Positions 26,052 through 34,545 of a DNA stretch of 64,000 nt are shown one piece after another. Position 1 is the first letter of the stretch; each line of letters starts with the position of its first letter. Position numbers and translations under genes: made by a program. The notes below the pieces were generated by a model that saw only the letters and a list, made by a program, of their open reading frames with translations, was not told the origin of the DNA and did no database searches. Origin of the DNA: Planctomycetota bacterium (GTDB lineage Bacteria; Planctomycetota; UBA1135; UBA2386); assembly GCA_036274315.1 (NCBI GenBank), contig DASUFY010000074.1:698-64697 (forward strand), in the 5' to 3' direction.

Positions 26052-26656
26052 CCGCCTCCGACCAGCCGCCGCTCGAGGGGCTCGTCGCCGCCGCTGCGGG
26101 CGGCGACGAATCGGCGATGCACATGCTGCTGCAGGAGTACCTGCCGCGCATCCGCGCCTACGTGCGGCTGCGCACCGGCGCCGGGCTGCTCACGCACGAG
26201 TCGCGCTCGGACCTCGTGCAGTCGATCTGCCGCGATCTGCTCGAGAACGCGCGCCGCCTGCACAGCACCGATGTCGAAGGCTTCCAGGCGTGGCTGTTCA
26301 CGACCGCGCGCCGCAAGCTCGCCGACCGCGCCGAGCGCTGGAGCGCGCAGAAGCGCGCGGGCGGTCGTGAGGTCGAAGCACCGGCCGACGGCGAGCTGCT
26401 GGCCGCCTGCCGCGGCTTCTTCACGCCGAGCCAGCAGGCCGGTGCGCGCGAGGAACTCGCGCGCGTCGAACGCGCGCTCGGCGAGCTGCCCGCGGAACGC
26501 CGCGAAGTGATCCTGCTCGCCAAGGTGCTCGGCCTGTCGCGGCAGGAGATCGGCGCGCGGCTCGGCCGCAGCGAGGGCGCGGTGCGCGTGCTGCTGACCC
26601 GGGCGCTCGCCGACCTCGCGCTGCGCATCGCGACGGCCGACCGCCCCAAGCCATGA
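26048..26656 (+). CDS. ECF sigma factor (202 aa), translationally coupled to the upstream kinase
   Basis: ATG 26048 overlaps the kinase TGA (ATGA). Motifs are YLPRIRAYVRLRTG...ESRSDLVQSICRDLL (region 2) and REVILLAKVLGLSRQEIGARLGRSEGAVRVLLTRAL (region 4). It is a paralog of the 29300..29890 product. Confidence 0.9.
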   Translation: MTASDQPPLEGLVAAAAGGDESAMHMLLQEYLPRIRAYVRLRTGAGLLTHESRSDLVQSICRDLLENARRLHSTDVEGFQAWLFTTARRKLADRAERWSAQKRAGGREVEAPADGELLAACRGFFTPSQQAGAREELARVERALGELPAERREVILLAKVLGLSRQEIGARLGRSEGAVRVLLTRALADLALRIATADRPKP

Positions 26657-26714
26657 AACGTCCGGCCGCGTTCGCGGCTGCCTCCGTCATCCACCCAACC
26701 GACGGAGGTAACCG

Positions 26715-29051
26715 ATGCAAGCTGTTCATGTCCCGTTGGCAGTGCTCACGACTGCCGTGCTCGCGGTCGCCCAGGCCGCCACCCCCGATCTGTCCGCGTC
26801 CACCGAGGTCCACGCGCTCGCGGCGTCGCTGCGCGTGCCGATCCACGGCGGCGCGCCCGACGGCGGCAAGCCGTACGGTCTGTGGGCGGCGACGGCGGCC
26901 TACAAGGTCTCGTTCGACGGCGACGCCACGTTCGTCCCGTACCTCGGCGCCGCCTGGCCCGAGAACCAGCCGGTCGCCTGGCGCTCGCTGTCGGTGCGCA
27001 TCGGCGAAGTCGAGCTGATCACCGCCGCGCCGCCGCACCGCCGGAACGGCGACTGGCGCTGCGAACTCGACCACGGCGGCGTGGTCGAGACCTGGGACGT
27101 GCGCGACGACGGCCTCGAGCAGTCGTTCGTCGTCGCCGGGCGCCCTGCGGCCGCGGGCGACCTCGTGGTGCGCGGCCGCCTGACCACACCGCTGCACGCC
27201 GAGCCGTGCGCACCGGCGCACCAGGCGCTCGTGTTCGCAGCGGCCGACGGCACGCCCGTCGTGCGCTACGGCGAAGCGTTCGCCGTCGACGCGACCGGCG
27301 CGCGTGTCGCAGCGAGCACGGCGTTCGCGGAAGGAGTCGTCGAGCTGCGGGTGCCTGCCGCGTGGCTCGCCACCGCCAGGTTCCCGGTGGTCGTCGACCC
27401 GCTGGTGACGGCGGTCACGGTCAGCACGGGGCTCGCGCCCGAATCGATCGACGTCGCGCGCGACGACACCGGCAACGGGCTGATGACCGTGTTCACGCGC
27501 AGCGCCTCGGCGGGCGACTACGACGCGGTCGGCATCATGACGAACAACGGCTTTGGCGCCGCCGCGACGGTGTTCAGCGACATCACTTCGTCGTGGAGCA
27601 CACCGAACGCGCGCGTCGCCACCGCGGCCGACCCGCAGGTCTACTGCATCGCGATCGAACGCATCCTGCCCGACCACCGCATCCGCGCCCATCTGCACGC
27701 GAGCGGCGACACGACGTTGTCGACGAGCGTGCTGTTCGTGAGCAGCGGCGCCGCGGGTATCCACGACTGGCGGCCCGACATCGGCGGCCAGACGCTGTCG
27801 ACGAGCGCGTTAACGTCGACCGGTTCGCGGTTCCTGATCGTGTTCCAGCGCGAAGCGCCCGCTGGCGGCGTGTTCCAGAACACGAACAACAGCTCGATCT
27901 TCGGCGTCACGCTCGACGCCAATGGCACGCTCGGCACCGAGTTCCCGATCGCGCTCGGCATCCTCTCCACCGAGGACGACGAGTTCCCGAGCGTGAACCA
28001 GCAGGCGCAACGCGTCGGCTCGCTGACGCAGCGCACCGACTGGATGGTCGTCTACCAACGCTACGTCGGCACCGGTGCGACGTGGCGCGTGTTGGGCCGC
28101 TCGGTCGCCGACACGGGTGCGTTGAACTCGGGCCTGTGGACATCGACCGGCAGCGGCCCGACCGCACACCGGCTGACGCCGCAGGTCGCGGGCCAGGTCG
28201 GCCGCTACGTCGTCGCCTACGTCGAGACACCGTTCTCGGCGGCCCCGTTCCAGACCACGGCGCAGCGCGGCCACTCGCTCGTCGCCGAACGCGTCGATTG
28301 GACGCCCGGTTCGTCGCCGGTCAACCACGCGCCCGTGGTGCTCGAGGGCCCGAACGCGCAGGCCTGGCTGCGCACGGGGGCGATCGCCTACGACACGGCG
28401 ACGTTGTCGCACTGGGCGCTGATGGGGCAGAGCGACGCGTCGGCCGGCGGCTCGGGCGACTCGTTCGTGGTGCGCACCGGCTTCCAGGGCATGCAGACCG
28501 AACGGCGCACGCTCTACGCGCAGGGTGCCTCGGTCGAGCAGGGCCTGGTCGGCGGCATCACGTTCGACGAGGACGGCAGCAACTTCGTGGTCGCCTACGG
28601 CCGCGACGCGGGCTCGGTCGGCAGCGTGTACGGCCGCCGCTTCACCTACGTCACGCCGGCGGCGCTGCTCGCCTCGGGCGTGGCGTGCTCGAGCGGCTCG
28701 ATCGCGTGGAACGGTTCCCAGCAGATCGGCGCCGCGTTCTCGTCGATCGCGCTGACTGGCGCGCCGGCCAGCCTGCCGGCGATCGCGGCCGTGTCGCTCG
28801 CGACGCTGGACCTCAACCTGACGTCGATCGGCATGACCGGCTGCCGGCTGCTGATCGACTCGACGGCGCCGAACTTCATCACGTCGTTCGCGACGCTGAC
28901 CTCCGCGAGTGGCTCGGCGTCGATCGGGATCCAGCTGCCCGAGACGCTGCCGTCCGCGACGCTGTGGTTCCAGTGGTTCCACTTCGACCCGGGCGCCAAC
29001 CCGCTCGACCTCGTCAGCACGCAGCGCCTGCGGGTGGCGATCGTGAAGTGA
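26715..29051 (+). CDS. secreted protein (778 aa), paralog of the 411..2597 product, with the recurrent C-terminal module
   Basis: ATG 26715 has GGAGG 6 nt upstream. The signal is VPLAVLTTAVLAVAQA. Paralogy blocks are as listed for 411..2597. The tail is GVACSSGS...LNLTSIGMTGCRLLI...WFQWFHFDPGANPLDLVSTQRLRVAIVK. Confidence 0.9.
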   Translation: MQAVHVPLAVLTTAVLAVAQAATPDLSASTEVHALAASLRVPIHGGAPDGGKPYGLWAATAAYKVSFDGDATFVPYLGAAWPENQPVAWRSLSVRIGEVELITAAPPHRRNGDWRCELDHGGVVETWDVRDDGLEQSFVVAGRPAAAGDLVVRGRLTTPLHAEPCAPAHQALVFAAADGTPVVRYGEAFAVDATGARVAASTAFAEGVVELRVPAAWLATARFPVVVDPLVTAVTVSTGLAPESIDVARDDTGNGLMTVFTRSASAGDYDAVGIMTNNGFGAAATVFSDITSSWSTPNARVATAADPQVYCIAIERILPDHRIRAHLHASGDTTLSTSVLFVSSGAAGIHDWRPDIGGQTLSTSALTSTGSRFLIVFQREAPAGGVFQNTNNSSIFGVTLDANGTLGTEFPIALGILSTEDDEFPSVNQQAQRVGSLTQRTDWMVVYQRYVGTGATWRVLGRSVADTGALNSGLWTSTGSGPTAHRLTPQVAGQVGRYVVAYVETPFSAAPFQTTAQRGHSLVAERVDWTPGSSPVNHAPVVLEGPNAQAWLRTGAIAYDTATLSHWALMGQSDASAGGSGDSFVVRTGFQGMQTERRTLYAQGASVEQGLVGGITFDEDGSNFVVAYGRDAGSVGSVYGRRFTYVTPAALLASGVACSSGSIAWNGSQQIGAAFSSIALTGAPASLPAIAAVSLATLDLNLTSIGMTGCRLLIDSTAPNFITSFATLTSASGSASIGIQLPETLPSATLWFQWFHFDPGANPLDLVSTQRLRVAIVK

Positions 29052-29299
29052 CGGTGCGCGGCGCCGGCCTCTGTGGCCGCGCGCCGTCAGCACGACCGGC
29101 GGTTCCGGGTGCGTCGGGATGCATCCTGGTACTCGACCCGGCCGCCGGCAATGCGTTCGGCGCCATCATGACGAACGCCGGCATGACCGTGATCGGCCAC
29201 TAGTCCGGGCCGGCCGGCACACGCGGACCGCCGGCGTCGCCGCGGTCCGCGGGATCAGAGGCTGCCGAGACCGAGCCCGACGGGCTACGATCCGCGCCC

Positions 29300-29890
29300 G
29301 TGCACACTCGCGACCACGAGTGGTTCGAACAGGCTCGGCGCGGCGACAGCGGCGCGCTCGAACGGCTCGTCGAGAGCTACCTGCCGCAGCTGCACGCGTT
29401 CGTGCGCGTGCGCCTGGGCGGCGTCGTGCGGGCGCGCGAATCGAGCATGGACATCGTGCAGTCGGCCTGCCGCGAGCTGCTCGCCGACCCGAGCCGGCAC
29501 GAGTTCCGCGGCGAGGCCCGCTTCCGCGGCTGGTTGTTCACGATCGCGCTCAACAAGCTGCGCGAGAAGCACCGCTTCCACGGCCGCGAGATGCGCAGCC
29601 CCGTGCGTGAGAACGACGCCGGCGTCGACGACCTGCTGCCCGCGGCGAGCCTGCTGACGCCGAGTGTCGACGCGATCGGCCGTGAGACCGCGGCGGCGCT
29701 CGACGCCGCGATGCAGGCTCTGAGCGAGGAGCACCGCGAGGTCATCACGATGGCGCGCATCGCCCAGCTGCCGTACGAGGTCATCGCCGAGCTCATGGGC
29801 CGCAGCGAGCAGGCCGTGCGGCAGTTGCTCGTGCGTGCGTTGCGCCGGCTCGCCGAGGAGCTGCGGGCCCGGGGCGTCGCTTCGGACTGA
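29300..29890 (+). CDS. ECF sigma factor (196 aa), paralog of the 26048..26656 product
   Basis: The start is GTG 29300. Motifs are YLPQLHAFVRVRLG...ESSMDIVQSACRELL (region 2), FRGWLFTIALNKL, and REVITMARIAQLPYEVIAELMGRSEQAVRQLLVRAL (region 4). Confidence 0.9.
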   Translation: MHTRDHEWFEQARRGDSGALERLVESYLPQLHAFVRVRLGGVVRARESSMDIVQSACRELLADPSRHEFRGEARFRGWLFTIALNKLREKHRFHGREMRSPVRENDAGVDDLLPAASLLTPSVDAIGRETAAALDAAMQALSEEHREVITMARIAQLPYEVIAELMGRSEQAVRQLLVRALRRLAEELRARGVASD

Positions 29891-30022
29891 CGGGATTCCG
29901 CGTCACAGCGTGCGCCCCAGGTCATCGAGGCAGTGCCGCTGCCGACGAGTCCCGCCGCAGCGGCCGCGACCAAGGCGAAGGCTCGCCGTCGCGCAGCTCG
30001 GACTCCATCGATCGAAACCCGC

Positions 30023-31063
30023 ATGAACCGGTCTCCCTCGACCTCGCTCTGGACACGGCTGCCCGCACGTGCCGCCGCGGCCGTCGTACTGCTCGGCGCC
30101 GCGGCGCCCGTCGCGGCCCAGTCCGTGATCTACACCACGCGCACCGGCGGCAACATCGTCGCCTGCGGCCCGCTCACCGGCGGACCGCTCGTTCATCACA
30201 CCTTCGGCACGCCGATCGCCACCAACGACTCGATCGCCGTCAGCGATCCCGGCACCGCGACCCTGCCCGCGAGCGCCGCCGCGGCGCAGTTGGACGCGAT
30301 CGCGACCTCGACCACGTTCTCGCTCTCGATGGCCGGCACGGCCACGCGCACGGCACCCGCGGGCACGTTCATCACCGCGCTCGCCGACGGCCGCGACGTC
30401 TGGGAGTTCACGCTCGCCGCACCGGTGCGCTTCACGCTGACCGCGTCGCTGAACGCGTCGAGCACCGACGCCACGGTGCCGCCGCAGCACTTCACGTTCG
30501 CGGGTGCGATCGTGCCCGACCCGGGTGCCCCGCCGCTGCCGTACCAGCAGACGATCCAGGCCCCGGGGTCGTTCACGCTCGCGGCGACCGGCACGCTGCT
30601 GCCGGGCCAGTACTTCGTGAGTGTGTTCGGACGCGTCGAGAGCACGTCGTCGCCGTTCACCAGCTCGTACTCCAACTCGCTGACGCTGACGTTCCAGCCG
30701 GCCGCGAACGCGACCGCGCGACAGGCGTTCGGCAACACGAACTCGTACACGTGCAGCCTGCCGGTGCTCGGCCAGACGTGGAACGCGACCGTCGACGTCG
30801 GGCTCACGGGTCACTCGTTCGCGATCGTCTTCGCGTCGCTGCTGCCGGGCCAGGTGACGCTCGGTCCCGGCTTCACCGTGCTGCTCGGCGGTGCGCCGGT
30901 GGAGTTCCTGCCGATCGCGCCGGGCCCGCACGCGACCTACGCGGTGGTGATGCCGTCCGACCCGACGCTGGCGGGCTTCCAGCTGTCGACGCAGGCATTG
31001 CACTTCGGCGTCCTGCCGTCGCTCGCGCTGTCGAACGCGCAGGACCTGACGCTCGGGTTCTGA
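30023..31063 (+). CDS. secreted protein (346 aa) with a divergent copy of the recurrent C-terminal module
   Basis: ORF 29933..31063 was trimmed to ATG 30023 (MNRSPSTSLWTRLPARAAAAVVLLGAAAPVAAQ). The tail is SYTCSLPVLGQTW...ATYAVVMPSDPTLAGFQLSTQALHFGVLPSLALSNAQDLTLGF. The central GC motif is missing. The gene lies directly downstream of the sigma gene. Confidence 0.8.
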   Translation: MNRSPSTSLWTRLPARAAAAVVLLGAAAPVAAQSVIYTTRTGGNIVACGPLTGGPLVHHTFGTPIATNDSIAVSDPGTATLPASAAAAQLDAIATSTTFSLSMAGTATRTAPAGTFITALADGRDVWEFTLAAPVRFTLTASLNASSTDATVPPQHFTFAGAIVPDPGAPPLPYQQTIQAPGSFTLAATGTLLPGQYFVSVFGRVESTSSPFTSSYSNSLTLTFQPAANATARQAFGNTNSYTCSLPVLGQTWNATVDVGLTGHSFAIVFASLLPGQVTLGPGFTVLLGGAPVEFLPIAPGPHATYAVVMPSDPTLAGFQLSTQALHFGVLPSLALSNAQDLTLGF

Positions 31064-31177
31064 TCGCCGCGACCGACGACGGCGCCCGGGTACTTCCCCG
31101 CGTTCGGAGCGCCAGCCATCATCGCGACCGCCGAGGGCGTTCTGCGGCAACCGTCTGTTGCGTGCGATCGATCGCGT

Positions 31178-32077
31178 TCAACGGAGCCCTTGGTCGCGGA
31201 GGTTGCGTTGCCCGCCGCTGGTCGTTGCCGAGGCGTGCCGGGACCCGCTCGGGGTCATGGCACGGCCCGCCAAGGGCAATCGCACCACCACGACCGTGAC
31301 GTCGCCTGTGGCACCTGCTGCCCTGGCTGCCAGCACGAGCCACTCGCAAGCCTCCTCCGCGGAAGACGCGGCCATCATCGCATTGCGCATCTGGTCGCTG
31401 CGCACCTTCGTCGTCAGGCCGTGCGTGCACAGGAGCAGCGCGTCGCCCGGGCACAGGCCCAGGGTGAACACCTCAGGCGTCGCGCCCGCCATGCCGCCGA
31501 GCGCCCGGCGGCCATCGCCGATCTCGAACGTGTGGTCGGTCGTGAGTTGCATCAGGTCGGCGTTGCGCAGCAGGTAGCAGCGGCTGGTTCCGACATGCCC
31601 CACGCACAGATTCGGCCAGAGCAGGTGCGCAGCGGTCAGCATCGACCACGCCGGCGCAGATCCGGGGCCATGCGCGCTCGTTCGCCTCGATTCCGTCTGG
31701 CAATGCTGCATCGCGGCGCGCATCTGGCGTTCGACATCCGGGACGCGCGCATGGTGCGTGGACAGCAACACCGGCACCGAATCCGCGACGTGGCGAAACA
31801 TCACCTCCGCCGCCAGCAGGCTCGCCCGCTGACCGCCGAGGGCGGCACCGACCCCATGCGCGACGAGGAACACCTGGCTCTGCGCGTCGACAAACGGCGG
31901 GATGTCGTCCGCAGGCACGTTCGATTCCGTGACCAGAACGGACTTCTCCATGTCCGCCAACAGGAAGTGGTCGTCGTTCGTCGGACGGCCGCGGTCGCAG
32001 ATGCCGAACCCCTCGATGACGATCCACGTGCCTTCGGGATCGCCATTGCGATGCGCGCTGTTGGCGTACGACATCAT
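31178..32077 (-). CDS. PP2C-fold protein (299 aa) with non-canonical metal-site motifs
   Basis: PP2C order is preserved: RGRPTNDDHFLL (R-x-x-N-E-D block), FLVAHGVGAALGGQRAS (normally DG-x-GG), CVGHVGTSRCYLL (normally GDSR), LLLCTHGLT (normally S/T-DG-L), GDVTVVVVRL (normally D-N/D-x-T). The His codons are at 31856-31858 and 31421-31423. Confidence 0.8.
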   Translation of the reverse strand: MMSYANSAHRNGDPEGTWIVIEGFGICDRGRPTNDDHFLLADMEKSVLVTESNVPADDIPPFVDAQSQVFLVAHGVGAALGGQRASLLAAEVMFRHVADSVPVLLSTHHARVPDVERQMRAAMQHCQTESRRTSAHGPGSAPAWSMLTAAHLLWPNLCVGHVGTSRCYLLRNADLMQLTTDHTFEIGDGRRALGGMAGATPEVFTLGLCPGDALLLCTHGLTTKVRSDQMRNAMMAASSAEEACEWLVLAARAAGATGDVTVVVVRLPLAGRAMTPSGSRHASATTSGGQRNLRDQGLR

Positions 32078-32331
32078 CCTCTCATGCGCTCCCGGGTCCG
32101 CATGTCCTCGAGGTCACGCTCGTGCTGTCGGGCGCGCTCGAGCCGCTGGCCCAGAATCTCGATCGCGGAGGACCACCGGCTCAGTCGGCGTCTCTCGATG
32201 CGGTTGCACGTACCCGCCTGCCCCGCGATCAGGACCATGGTCCGGATCCACAGCATGCGCACGCGTGCCAGCATCTGCGCGATCGTCTTGGCAGTCGACG
32301 CCCGGTCCATGCTCGACGTGACCCGCACCAT
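32074..32331 (-). CDS. small hypothetical protein (85 aa) coupled to the PP2C-like gene
   Basis: ATG 32331 has GAGG 7 nt upstream. Its TGA overlaps the ATG of the PP2C-like gene (ATGA). The C-terminal half is Arg/Glu-rich and helical-looking (ILGQRLERARQHERDLEDMRTRERMRG). No family recognised. Confidence 0.5.
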   Translation of the reverse strand: MVRVTSSMDRASTAKTIAQMLARVRMLWIRTMVLIAGQAGTCNRIERRRLSRWSSAIEILGQRLERARQHERDLEDMRTRERMRG

Positions 32332-32424
32332 GTCGTCACCTCGGCTGTCCAGACCCCGGCCGCGGCGTCGCCGTTAGCGGCGTCCCGGTCCGTTCAGGCA
32401 AGGTCCAACTGCGCGCAGCGGGCG

Positions 32425-33465
32425 CTACTTCGGGCGCTTGCCTGCGCCGGCCTCGAGCTTGACGACGAACAGGTGGCGCTTGCCGGCCAGCGGCGGCGGG
32501 GCCAGCACGACGATCGAACCCGGCTGCAGCTCGAACGCGGCTTCGAGCTGCGTCGACTGCACGTTGGGCAGCTGGATCGTCACGGGCACCGTCGATCCGC
32601 CGAGCGATGTCGTGAACGTCGGGATCGGCTTGATCAGATCGGCGACGCGGACTTCGATCGACAGGCCGAGCTTGCTGTCGGCCAGCGGGGCGACCGAGGC
32701 CTCGATCGTGATGCCGTCCTGGACCACGTCGATGATCGGGTTGGCGATGAACGCCGCCTGTGCGACCTCGACGTCGAAGTCGCGCACATAGGCCGTCTGG
32801 TTGACGACGGCGACGTGGCCGGTGGTCAACGGCCAGACCACGAGCCCTTGGCCCTGCCCGGTCGTGACCTCCTTCAGTGCTGGCAGCGCCTTCAGGAACG
32901 CGTCGGTGTTCGGGCCAGGGGCCAGCACCTGCGAGACGAACTTCGGCGGTGCGGCCTCGGGTTCGTCGGCGCCGTTGCCGGTGCCGCCCTTGGGCACGAG
33001 CGCATCGCGGATGTCGCGCAGGAACACCAGTTCGGGCGCCGAATAGTACGAACACTCGAGCTGGAAGGTCTGCGCGTCGCTGCCGCGCGTGGCCTGCAGG
33101 AAGCGCTCGATCCAGGCGTGCTGTTCGGGGCGCGCGAGTACGACGATCCAGCGTTCGCCGAGGGCGCGGATCTCTTCGTTGGCCGCCAGCGGCGGCTTCA
33201 CGAACGCCTGCAGCAGGCGCACGATCGCACCGGGACGTGGCGCAGGGCCCTCGGTCTCCGTCCACTGCATGGTGTCCCGGTCGCCGGCCTGCTTCAGCTC
33301 CGTTCCGGTGAAGTGCAGGTCCGGGCCGGGTGGGCTCTTGTCGACGAGATCGCCGACTTCGTAGATCTTGGCGACGCGGCCGCCGGTCGCCGGCGCGGCC
33401 TGCGCGAGCGCCACCGTGCACGGCAGCGACACGGCGAACAGCAGGTGGAGAGCGTGTTTCGTCAT
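32425..33465 (-). CDS. secreted protein (346 aa) with secretin-like sequence character
   Basis: ORF 32425..34188 was trimmed to ATG 33465, which overlaps the anti-sigma TGA (ATGA). The signal is MTKHALHLLFAVSLPCTVALAQA. RVAKIYEVGDLV and the C-terminal ...IIDVVQDGITIEASVAPLADSKLGLSIEVRV...QLEAAFELQPGSIVVL resemble secretin N- and C-domain patterns. The assignment is tentative. Confidence 0.7.
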   Translation of the reverse strand: MTKHALHLLFAVSLPCTVALAQAAPATGGRVAKIYEVGDLVDKSPPGPDLHFTGTELKQAGDRDTMQWTETEGPAPRPGAIVRLLQAFVKPPLAANEEIRALGERWIVVLARPEQHAWIERFLQATRGSDAQTFQLECSYYSAPELVFLRDIRDALVPKGGTGNGADEPEAAPPKFVSQVLAPGPNTDAFLKALPALKEVTTGQGQGLVVWPLTTGHVAVVNQTAYVRDFDVEVAQAAFIANPIIDVVQDGITIEASVAPLADSKLGLSIEVRVADLIKPIPTFTTSLGGSTVPVTIQLPNVQSTQLEAAFELQPGSIVVLAPPPLAGKRHLFVVKLEAGAGKRPK

Positions 33466-33923
33466 GGTTCCAGGACTCGTTGTTCGACGACGCGCGCTGC
33501 GATGTGGCGCGCGGTGGCTGTCGGGGCAGAGACGTAGTGTTCGGCGGTTTGCAACACGTTGCCGGTCAGCACGCGTTCGCGCGCGCTCCCGCCGCCGATC
33601 TCGCTGGTGCTCACGCGGCACGACACGAGCGTCATCGCCGCGAAGTCGGGCCTCGGCAGCGGTCGCGGTGCCGCGTTCGCGTCGCTGCGTCCGCGCAGCA
33701 CCGCGGCCGCGATCGCGGCAGCGGCGATCACGCCGACCCACGGCACTGCCCGGCGCCACGGTCGTGCGATCGGCGGCAGGGTCCGCAGGTCGCCGAGCAC
33801 GCGCCGCGTCGCCGCGAACGCCTCGAGTGCTTCGGGGTGCGCCAGCAGCCACTGCTGCGAGCGCTCGTCGGCGAGCGGATCGTGGCCTCGGTCCAACAGA
33901 TCCTGCACGAACGGCGGAAGCAT
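33462..33923 (-). CDS. putative single-pass anti-sigma factor (about 153 aa)
   Basis: ATG 33923 (or GTG 33929) abuts or overlaps the sigma gene's TGA at 33926-33928. The short cytoplasmic N-terminus is VQDLLDRGHDPLADERSQQWLLAHPEALEAF, resembling an anti-sigma N-domain but without the CxxC. The TM segment is VPWVGVIAAAAIAAAVL. The call rests mainly on position. Confidence 0.6.
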   Translation of the reverse strand: MLPPFVQDLLDRGHDPLADERSQQWLLAHPEALEAFAATRRVLGDLRTLPPIARPWRRAVPWVGVIAAAAIAAAVLRGRSDANAAPRPLPRPDFAAMTLVSCRVSTSEIGGGSARERVLTGNVLQTAEHYVSAPTATARHIAARVVEQRVLEP

Positions 33924-33925
33924 GC

Positions 33926-34441
33926 TCACGGCGTGCCCCCGCGTTGCGTCTCGCAGCTGAGCATGCGGTTGCGCGCCCGGTGCAGGTGCGACTTGACCGT
34001 GCCGGCCGGCAGCCGCGTCGCGCGCGCGATCTCTTCGATCGACTCGCCGTCGCGATGGAAGCGCAGCAGGATCTCGCGTTCGCGGATGGACAGCTGCGCC
34101 AGCAGCGCCGCCGTGTGCTCGCGCAGCGCCGCGTGCCGCAGCGGATCGCAGCCACCGTCGACCGGTTCGCTCGCCGGCGCGCCGGCATCGCCGCCGCCGT
34201 GCTTCGGCCGATCGAGGAACGCCCGGAACGCGACGCGCAGCAGCCACGCGTCGGCGGTGCCGCGCGCCGGATCGAACGTCTGCCGCGAGCGCCAGGCCCT
34301 GGTCAGCGTCTCCTGCACGAGGTCGTCGACCTCGGCGCGCGCGAGATTGCGCAGGAAGGCGCGGATGCGCGGCTGCATGCTGGCCAGGATCTGGCTCATC
34401 GCGGCGTCAGCCGTGCGATCGGCGGCGCGGTCGGCGGTCAT
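33926..34441 (-). CDS. ECF sigma factor (about 171 aa)
   Basis: This is the tail of ORF 33926..36517, with start ATG 34441 (alternatives 34453 and 34468). Region 2 is VDDLVQETLTRAWRSRQTFDP...AWLLRVAFRAFLD. Region 4 is REREILLRFHRDGESIEEIARATRLPAGTVKSHLHRARNRM. Confidence 0.85.
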   Translation of the reverse strand: MTADRAADRTADAAMSQILASMQPRIRAFLRNLARAEVDDLVQETLTRAWRSRQTFDPARGTADAWLLRVAFRAFLDRPKHGGGDAGAPASEPVDGGCDPLRHAALREHTAALLAQLSIREREILLRFHRDGESIEEIARATRLPAGTVKSHLHRARNRMLSCETQRGGTP

Positions 34442-34545
34442 CGGGTGGGGCATGCGGACATCAGGCATACCGCCGATCGGGTCGGCAGGTTGCACGAGAT
34501 CCGATCGGCGCCGATCGCGCGCGGTTGCGGCCGATCGCGCGCCCC

